Positions 34,760 to 44,850 of a stretch of DNA of 64,000 nucleotides are shown in pieces. Source of the stretch: Eledone cirrhosa (taxonomy: Eukaryota); assembly GCA_964016885.1 (NCBI GenBank), contig OZ024765.1, positions 16,368,001 to 16,432,000 on the forward strand, read 5' to 3'. A program made the translations under genes and the position numbers. Positions within the stretch are counted from its first letter, which is position 1. Every line of letters starts with the position of its first letter. Under the pieces are notes generated by a model that saw nothing but the letters and a program-made list of their open reading frames with translations, ran no database searches and had not been told where the DNA came from.

Positions 34760-36190
34760 GTTCAACATACCGAGAACAAGTGTTTCACCTTAGCGGATCC
34801 TCAGCTCGTAATGGACATGGTTATCCGGAACAGGAAAGACAACCGTACGAACGCGCATGCGCAGTAACGGTCACTTCACTCAGGCAATACTAAATTGCGT
34901 GCGAGAGGTGTCACGGAGATAACTGCGAAAGTCTGAAAGTTTCTAGTTGATAAAAAAATTAGGGTGTTGTTGTAATTCAATCTGGAGCTTTGTAAGATGT
35001 GTTTCCAGACGTGTGGACAACGTGTGAATAATTCACTACTTGAGTTTAGGCAATCACTATTGTGTAATCTCTTTAGAATATTTATTCGTTCAGCAGTACA
35101 TAGTCCACACGACGGATTGCCCCTTGCGTATGGCTTGAACTTAGTGATGGCTTTCCATTGAATGTAGTAGTCTATAATTGAGTCATCGAGGGACCATACG
35201 TGGCTCGCGAGTTTCGTGGATTAAGCATTCCTTAAATCGGCCCTCCGCCGTACCCACATAGGATTTGACCTCCTATGGTTGATTTCGTCGGTTGGAAGTG
35301 ACCACAGCTTCCTAAACTACAGCGGGCGTGTTGCATTGCTGTTGAAGGGGACAAGCTTTGGGCTTACGGCAAGAGCACCCTGGTGGGGTGTTGCTCTTAG
35401 GGCTGTTGGTGATGTGGGCCTTCATGTTCTTCGCGCAGGAGTATCCTAGTGTTAATTTGTGTCGATTAAAGATGGAGCGGTATTTATGACATATGGGAAA
35501 GTGTCTATCTAAGAGGGCTAGAAATGTTTTGCCTACATTGGTTTTAACGTTGAGTGAGAAGGGAGGAAAGAACCAGATACTTTGTCTATTGTTACGCTTT
35601 GTTTTCTTATTGCTATTGTTGTTAGTGGGAGAGTAAGTGATAGGTTGCGAGAAGCCGCTGTTAGCTAACGCTGTGTTATAGTAGTAACGCTGTGTTGCCC
35701 AGGCTACTCCGTCGTTGAAGAGGAGGGTTTTCTGGCACTGAGCGATGATTTCTCTGTCTAAATGATGGACGGTGGTGTAAGTGGTAGCGAAGTACAACGC
35801 TTTGTTTAACAGGGTCTCTGAGATCGACGGGTAAAAATCAACAATGACAAACTATGTGAACTTCGCTTTTTGGGATTTGAAGGAGTTAAACCACTTAATT
35901 ACGGAATCGCTGTTCTCCCACTGGGGCAGGTTGGACTTGGTCCTAATGGTCTTAACTATGTTTCTAAGTATGGCCTTACTGACTAGTCCCATATCTGTGC
36001 GTGCCGGGTTTAGTAGTCTACATGTGGGGTTAGAAGTAAAGTCTACCTTGTGATCTTTCAGGGTGAGGAACGCCTCCCGCTTAGCTAGAGACTATAGCTT
36101 CTTATCTACCTTAAGGGCGGCGGCATGTTCTTTAGTTTATGTTTTAATGTCGTGGTAGGCCATAGGGTTAGCTTTCTTATATTTGGAGTT
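34760..36190 (-). pseudogene. Decayed Penelope-like element of a second lineage, internally deleted
   Basis: Manual translation gives AFLTLKDHK...NPTCRLLNP, QWENSDSVIKWF and VDFYPSISE with in-frame stops. It then jumps to IWFFPPFSLNVKTNVGKTFLALLDRHFP and CSCRKPKACPLQQQC, so the RT core (YxDD region) is missing. Endonuclease remnant TKLASHVWSL...CGLCTAE; hammerhead downstream. Confidence 0.88.
34771..34808 (-). ncRNA. Minimal type I hammerhead ribozyme at 3' end of decayed PLE
   Basis: Minus strand reads CGAG-CTGAGGA-T-CC-GCTAA-GG-T-GAA-ACA-CT-TGT-T-CTCG. Stem I CGAG/CTCG, stem III ACA/TGT, GUU cleavage triplet. Confidence 0.75.
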
Positions 36191-36619
36191 AGCCTGCTTA
36201 CCTCCAACACTCATTGTCCGCTCTCTCTCCCCCTCTATCTATATTTCTCTCTCTATATATATATATATCTCTCTTGTATTTCATTTCTCTCCTAACACCT
36301 CTCTTACTTTCTCTTTCAACCTCTCTCTAACTTTACTTCTCCCTCCCAATATAACTATTCTTATCCTTTCTTACCTCCAACACTCATTGTCCGCGCTCTC
36401 TCTCTCTCTCTCTTCCAATATAACTTATTATCGTTTCTTACTTTCAACACTCATTGTCCTCTCTATCTACCTAACTATCTCTCTTTATATATCTATCTCT
36501 CTATCTATCTCTTTTCCCCTCTATATCTCTCTCTCTATCTCTCGCTCGTTCTCTCTGTATTTATCTATCTATCTATCTATCCATCCCTCTCTCTCTCTCT
36601 CTCTCGCTCGCTCTCTCTG

Positions 36620-36673
<54 letters not shown>

Positions 36674-37138
36674 TCCACTTCTCTCTTTCAATATAACTTA
36701 TCGTTTCTTACTTCCAAAGCTCATTAATCCTTCTCTTTCACTCATTACACATCTCCCTCCCTCTCTCTCTGTTTCACATTATACGTATCTCTCCCTCACT
36801 GTCATAGCACATCTCTCTATTTCTCTTTCACTTCTCTCTCTCTCTGACATTACATTACACGTCTCTCTCTCTCTCTATCTCCATCTTTATCTCTCTCTGT
36901 CATTACATTACACGTCTCTCTCTCTCTATCTCTCTCTCTCTGTCTCTCTCTCTATCTATCTATCTCTCTCTCTCTCACTTACTCTCTGCTGACATTTCAT
37001 TTCTCCCATTCTCCCTCTTTCTGACATTATACCTCTCTCTCTCTCTCTCAGTAATTACACTTCTCTCTTAACACCTCTCTCTCTCTCACTTACTCTGTGA
37101 CATTTCATTTCTCCCATGCTCCCTCTTTCTGACATTAT

Positions 37139-37198
<60 letters not shown>

Positions 37199-37244
37199 AA
37201 TTAGACTTCTCTCTTAACACCTCTATCTCTATCTGACATTACAC

Positions 37245-37301
<57 letters not shown>

Positions 37302-37633
37302 ATTACACCTCTCTCTTCACACCCCTCCATATTTCTCTCACTCTCTCTCACAGTTTCTTTCATGATGTCTTTCTTATCTAATGAGCCAAAGAGCTGGAGT
37401 AGACTCAAAAAGAAACAGCAGCTATATTTCCTTCACACACCATTTAATAGCGAACGGTTTATTCCAGGCAGTTTCATTTTGTGTCGGTTATTAATTTTAG
37501 TTTGGGAGACGAAACATCTTTTTATACGGCAGCTTTCTAAACGTTTTAATGGAGCGAGCCACTAAAATTCTTTGATTTCAAGCTTCCATTTACAACCGCA
37601 CTGTTTCTTTGTGGACTGCGTCAAATCAACAGC

Positions 37634-37677
<44 letters not shown>

Positions 37678-37798
37678 TGATAATTATATATGTATAGACA
37701 TGTATGTATGTATACATATATATATCACTGTGTATATATATATATATATATATCAGTGTATATATATATATGTATAGGCATTTATATATATATATCAC

Positions 37799-37860
<62 letters not shown>

Positions 37861-37940
37861 TGTGTGTGTATATATATATATATATGTATATATGTATATA
37901 TCACTGTGTCTATATATGTGTGTATATATATATATATCAC

Positions 37941-38071
<131 letters not shown>

Positions 38072-38223
38072 CACTGTGTATATATATATATAGACATTTA
38101 TATATATATATAAATTAATTGATGTGCATGTATGTATAAATATATATGTATACGTTTATGGTCAGTTATGTATGTATGTATGAATGTATATACAGAGATA
38201 TAAACATGCGTGTGTATGTATAT

Positions 38224-38286
<63 letters not shown>

Positions 38287-39139
38287 CGTACGTATATATA
38301 TACATACGTGTGTATGTGTGTGTTTGTATGTGTGTGTGTACGACAATGTACATACCTGTGTGTATACGGGTGTATGTGTTTTTTTCTGTTTAACCATGTG
38401 TACATTATATACTCAGTTACATTCTTAAGTTTTTTTAAAAACAATTACACACGTTTACACGTTACCACATATATATATACATATATATATATATATAGAT
38501 ATATATATACACCTTACCACACATATATATAGACACATGTTACCACACACACACATATATATATATATATACCTTACCACACATATATACACACATGTTA
38601 CTACAGACACATACATATATACATACATATACACCTTATCACACATATATACACATACATGTTACCAGACATATACATATATATATATATATATATATAC
38701 ACCTTACCACACATATGTATACGCATATCTTACCACACATATACATATATATACACCTTACCACACATATATATACACACACGTTACCACACATATACAT
38801 ACACACGTTACCACACAAACATATACACATATACATACACGTTACCACACTGACATATATATATATACACACACACGTTACCACACATATACACATATAC
38901 ATACACGTTACCACAGAAACATATACACATATACATACACATTACTATATATATATATGTACATTATGAAGAGAGAAGAAACATTAGATATAATCAGTAA
39001 TAAGATATATCATACCTAGCTGTTTCTATAGTCCCCTATATACATGTATATATATATACACACGTTACCACACAAACATATACACACACGTTACCACACA
39101 GACTTACACACATCACCAATATATATATATATATATATA

Positions 39140-39413
39140 TATTGTTATACTTTGGGAGGGTCATGTTGCCAATAAGAAACACACGGACCACATGCTTTCA
39201 CTCCAACTTACTATAAATTAAATTGTAAATTTAAAAAATGTATAAAGTTCCGGTTGGTTGGTTGGTTCCACAACCGGACAGTTGTTCTGGCCTACGCCAT
39301 CTTGTTTTTGTGTGCGTTTTGTGCTTAGTTTGCGCATGTGTTACATAGTATAACAATATCGGTTTCAACACACGTTTTCAGATAAAGAATCTTGATAAAT
39401 AAATTCAGAAACG

Positions 39414-39416
<3 letters not shown>
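39140..39416 (-). mobile_element. Rearranged pLTR copy (inverted segment plus direct segment)
   Basis: 39140-39310 is the reverse complement of the 34.1-34.35 kb element without its hammerhead. 39347-39415 matches 34340-34408 in direct orientation. Confidence 0.75.
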
Positions 39417-39461
<45 letters not shown>

Positions 39462-39465
<4 letters not shown>

Positions 39466-40012
39466 CGGGTAAAATTCCCGAAATCCATGGACGAGTTCTC
39501 TCCAGCGGACTCTGTCTCTCATCATCGCCGCCATGTCCTGCGTTTCCAAGAGACTAGTGATTGTCCTTAGGGCATCAACATATGTCAACTTTGGTCTCCC
39601 TCTTCCAGTGTGTCCATGTAGGGGCTCCCACAGGAGCACTGAGTGCAGTGTCAACCCCGGATGTCGGTGAGCATGTCCAGCTAACCTCAGTCTCCTCTGT
39701 GCTACATTCGAGCTGACCATTGGGAGGCTCCCGCACAGCTGTGAGTTCTTCGCCCACAGTATATATATATATATATATATAGGGTAAAATTCCCGAGATC
39801 CATGGACGAGTTCTCTCCAGCGGTCTCTGTCCCTCATTATCTCTGCCATGTCCTGCGTCTCCAACAGACCAGTGTCTGTCCTTAGGGCATCAACATACGT
39901 TAACCTTGGTCTTCCCCTTCCAGTGTGTCTATGTAGGGGTCCCACAGGAGCACTAAGTGCAATGTCAACCCCGGATGTCGGTGAGCATGTCCCGCTAACC
40001 TCAGTCTCCTCT
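39462..40012 (-). mobile_element. Two tandem RTE-clade LINE 3' ends
   Basis: Two copies of RLAGHAHRH..GRGRP.LTYVDALR..MRDR.RWRELV, separated by (AT)n at 39760-39780. Confidence 0.85.
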
Positions 40013-40105
40013 GAAGAAGTTGTGGTAAGGGACCAGTTGGACCATAACGCACCAGAGTACTCAATACCTAGGGTAGTAGAGTGGGTAATAGGGGTCATAC
40101 TTTCT

Positions 40106-40181
<76 letters not shown>

Positions 40182-40386
40182 AACAAGTATAACCCCGACG
40201 ACAGAGCTCAAGCCGTTTCGATGGCTATTTCTGGACTAAAATCAGAAATAATCCAGAAATAGACGTCGAAACGGCTTGAGCTCTTCCGTCGGGGTCATAC
40301 TTGTTCCTATTACCCACTCTACTACCCTAAGTATTGAGTACTTTGGTGCGTTATGGTCCATCTGGTTCCTTACCACAATTCCTTCG

Positions 40387-40419
<33 letters not shown>

Positions 40420-40421
<2 letters not shown>

Positions 40422-41112
40422 CAGGCGAAAATCATCAATTTAGCCGGGCATTTTCACCTGAAAATGACATTTTTGTCTCTCTCGTATCTGAAGCCAGAAC
40501 GCGGCTGAGATTCTCCTCATCTGTGTAAAAGATCACTCCAGGATTATGTTTCACTTTCTTCAAGATGATCTTCATCCTCTCCAACCTTCTAACCTTTTGT
40601 CCTGGGGTAACAGGTTGCCTCACAGGTCTCACGTACGACTTCATTTTCAAGTCTTCTGTCAACGCTCCTTGAACTGTCATAGGTGAAACTCCTCCTTTAA
40701 GTGCCGAGCATCTTATGGATTGACTTGGATCTCTTCTTATTGATCTGTTCAACTCCAGATTGAAATGATGATCCCTATTGGGGTTATGACCTCCTGATCC
40801 AGATTCCCTCTCCACTATTTCTCTTTTTCTCAAATTTATTCACAGTTATCTTGATAGTTCCCCAATGGAAGCCAGAGGATGGTGGTACCAATACTGAAGG
40901 CCTGGATGATCTAAGACCCACAAAATGATTTCAGCCTGTTCTCGTCCTACCTAAATATCTCAATAGGTATTTCACTGTTTCTTACAAGATCTGGTGTCCG
41001 TATGCCCACATGTCTTATCTCGAAACATGGAAAATTGCAAATCGATTAGTTCATTGGTTTTAAGAAGTTTTAAGAAATTGTGAACGTGATAATTTTGCTG
41101 TTGCACCCGGTT
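40420..41112 (-). mobile_element. Tc1/mariner-superfamily DNA transposon fragment (left end + N-terminal transposase)
   Basis: ORF 40435-40833 reads IRRDPSQSIR..GVSPMTVQGALTEDLKMKSY..RRLER..IFYTDE (HTH2 plus first catalytic Asp motif). TIR-like start TA-rich/CCGGGTG near 41110. Confidence 0.8.
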
Positions 41113-41253
41113 TATATATATATATATATATATGCATACATATATACAAACACGCATATATATATATATACATACATATATACACACACACATTTATATA
41201 TATACATACATATATACACACACATATATATTTACATATATACATACATATAT

Positions 41254-41284
<31 letters not shown>

Positions 41285-41327
41285 CATATATACACACATA
41301 TATATATATATACATATATACATATAT

Positions 41328-41358
<31 letters not shown>

Positions 41359-41365
41359 CATATAT

Positions 41366-41416
<51 letters not shown>

Positions 41417-41731
41417 CATACATGGTGGCTGCCAACTCGTTTTCGAGTACGGCCAATAATTTATATCCATGTAGGAGAACCCCTACCAATGCGCTGAACG
41501 AGTATGACTTTTTAGTCCAGCCAGCGACTTGAAAATTCTGGTACAAACAATACACTTGTGACAATTATTGACACATAGTGCTGGGCCCATGGTACCCTGT
41601 GACGACAAGTGCAGAGAGATCTCCAGATATAAAGCAATGCCTGTGCCGTGAAGCTTTTATAGTGAGCAAAGGCACTGCACAAAGCCAGTCCCACTCTCCT
41701 AACCAAGATGATATTTACCAAAAATACATAA

Positions 41732-41766
<35 letters not shown>

Positions 41767-41780
41767 CATATATACACACG

Positions 41781-41818
<38 letters not shown>

Positions 41819-42245
41819 CATATATACACACACCCATATATATATACATACACATACACACATATATATACATACATACACACACACATATATATATATA
41901 TATATACATATATACACACACACGCATATATACATACATATACACACACACATATATACATACATATACACACACACATATATATAAACATATATACATA
42001 TATATATACACAATATTATAATATATAGTAATGATGAGATGACAATTACATATTACGCAATACACACAGGTACCATTTATAACTAGAACAGTATTGCCAT
42101 CATTAAGATGTCTGCCATATAAGATAATCTATTGTCGCGGTTTTAACATTCAGAAAGCCACATATGTCATCTGAAATTTAATAAGATATCACTCCATCCC
42201 TTACAATAAACTAAAAATTAATACATCAACGCATACACACATTAC

Positions 42246-42297
<52 letters not shown>

Positions 42298-42565
42298 CAT
42301 ACATACATACAAATATTTACATAGATATACATATATAGAAACATACACATATATATACATATCTATTCATATGCATATATACGTGCATTATATATATATG
42401 TATATATATATATATAGGAGGTGAGTTTTATTGTAGTACAATAAAGCAATTCAGATATCGGATAAGAAGCACTCTACAGTTTGTAGGACTGGAGTATACA
42501 TAATATATAAGATCAAAAGATGGTTAAATGAGTTCCATACAAGGAACTCATTTAACCATATTTTG

Positions 42566-42611
<46 letters not shown>

Positions 42612-42740
42612 AGCTATTCCGGGTTGAATCGGAGGTAACCACACTAAGTAAGGTACCCAATACATACCAGAGTATAAATGTTTAATATATAAGAGCTTCT
42701 ACAGGACAAGAACTGTTTCATTCGTGAGAAATCATTAGGA

Positions 42741-42791
42741 AGCTTCCTGATGATTTATCACGAATGAAACAGCTCTAGTCTTGTAGAAGCT
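42741..42791 (+). ncRNA. Type I hammerhead ribozyme in palindrome
   Basis: Stem I AGCTTC/GAAGCT, CTGATGA, short stem II, GAA, stem III ACAG/TTGT, GUA. The mirror copy on - (42695-42746) has CTAATGA. Confidence 0.72.
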
Positions 42792-42792
42792 C

Positions 42793-42871
<79 letters not shown>

Positions 42872-43173
42872 AACTGTCAGACTTTACGTCGTATAGAATG
42901 GAAATAGCTATATGATCTTTCCGTTGGAAATTCTCTGGATTTCCAATCTTTTGTGAAGCGAAACCGTCGGTAATAGCATTTTGGACAGGTGAATATTTAA
43001 ATCGTATTTTAATTTATTTAAAAGATTGTTTAATGCTCGCTTGTTCCGCTCATCTCAATTTTATACCATTGAACAACAATTGTATTAGAGACACCCTATA
43101 TATTTCCGTGGGTACTTAGTACCTGTGAGGATATTAATCTCATTTTATATATATATATATATAGAGAGAGAGA

Positions 43174-43292
43174 GAACCAGTAAGACCCCGACGGCTGAGC
43201 TCAAGCCGTTTCGACGGCTAATTCTGGACTAATTTAGTCCAGAATTAGCCGTCGAAACGGCTTGAGCTCAGCCGTCGGGGTCTTACTGGTTC
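43174..43292. repeat. Perfect palindrome, 59-bp arms with 1-nt loop
   Basis: GAACCAGTAAGACCCCG...GGACTAA-T-TTAGTCC...CGGGGTCTTACTGGTTC. Imperfect sibling at 40180-40306. Confidence 0.92.
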
Positions 43293-43371
43293 ATATTACC
43301 CACTCTACTACCCTAATTATTGAGTACTTGGTGCGTTATGGTCCACCTGGTTCCTTACCACATTTCCTTAG

Positions 43372-43406
<35 letters not shown>

Positions 43407-43434
43407 AAAGAATAGAGGTGTAACACAAAGTTAT

Positions 43435-43660
43435 TATATATTGGTAAACGGAATAGAAAATGCTGACAAATTGTTCACAGTTGAAAAATGGTTTATTTTT
43501 GAAAAGCATTTAGAAATGCGCAACCGGTAAAAACTTAAAAACTTAAAACCACAACTGAATACTAACCCATACAATCACTAATACTCTTTTATTCCTAATT
43601 AAACCATTTTTCAACTGTGAACAATTTGTCAGCATTTTCTATTCCGTTTACCAATATATA
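43435..43660. repeat. Inverted repeat, ~60-bp arms with ~105-nt spacer
   Basis: TTGGTAAACGGAATAGAAAATGCTGAC...GGTTTA mirrored at 43600-43660; single-arm relative at 28206-28360. Confidence 0.85.
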
Positions 43661-43670
43661 TATATGTATA

Positions 43671-44700
43671 TCTTCAGGTCTTTACGGAGGTCCGACTTCC
43701 ACACCGATCTCAAGCTGTGGCACGCCGCCCAGGCTTTGCTCTTACTCTCTTCCACATCATCTTCCGTATTCCCAATCTTTGCTCTCAGACACCCAAATAC
43801 AGGTAGTCCTCAATCAATTCTAGCGGCTTCCCGCCTACATCAGTAATCTTCTCTGACTTCTTAATATTCTATACCAGATATTTTGTCTTAATCTCATTCA
43901 TTCTCAGTGGAGTCTGTGCTGCCGTACTGGTCTGAGACTTGGACATTGACCAATAAACTCACTCAGATGGCGATGGGTGCTACACGAGAATGCTGAGGAT
44001 GGCTCTGAACATTAATCAGTATACACTGAGGATGAAGAGCTGTACGGGAGCCTCCCAAAAGTCAGCTCAAAAGTGACACAGAGGAGACTGAGGTTAGCTG
44101 GACATGCTCACCGACATCCAGAGTTGATACTGCACTCAGTGCTCCTGTGGGAGCCCCTGCAGGGACACACTGGAAGATGGAGAGTGAGGTTAGCTGGACA
44201 TGCTCACCGGCATCCATAGTTGATACTGCACACAGTGCTCCTGTGGGAGCCCCTGCAGGGACACACTGGAAGATGGAGAGTGAGGTTAGCTGGACATGCT
44301 CACCGGCATCCATAGTTGATACTGCACACAGTGCTCCTGTGGGAGCCCCTGCAGGGACACACTGGAAGATGGAGAGTGAGGTTAGCTGGACATGCTCACC
44401 GACATCCAGAGTTGATACTGCACACAGTGCTCCTGTGGGAGCCCCTGCAGGGACACACTGGAAGATGGAGAGTGAGGTTAGCTGGACATGCTCACCGACA
44501 TCCAGAGTTAACATTGCACTCAGTGCTCCTGCCTGTGGGAGCCCCTACATGAAACACTGGAAGAGGAAGACCGAGGTTAACATATGTTGATCTTCTAAGG
44601 ACAGACACTGGTCTCTTGGAGACGCAGGACATGGCAGCGATAATGAGGGACAGAGACCGCTGGAGAAAATCGTCCATGGATCTCGGGAATTTTACCTTCC
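43671..44700 (+). mobile_element. RTE-clade LINE 3' fragment with inverted 5' part and internal 96-bp tandem amplification
   Basis: The + part encodes VESVL..SETWTLT, GCYTRMLRMALNI, RRLRLAGHAHRHPEL, GRGRPRLTYVD and MRDRDRW. 43671-43905 is the upstream segment on the - strand (YLG, AWAACHSLRSVWKS). Confidence 0.88.
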
Positions 44701-44760
44701 CTAGATAGATAGATTTATACATTTAAAGTATTTGGATAGCTATTCCTATGCATATATACA

Positions 44761-44827
<67 letters not shown>

Positions 44828-44850
44828 ATATTCACAGATATATACACATA

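Noticed and set aside
42075-42173. Possible minus-strand exon after a TTTCAG acceptor
   Set aside because: All frames hit stops before a credible donor; it could only be a terminal exon, which is unsupported.
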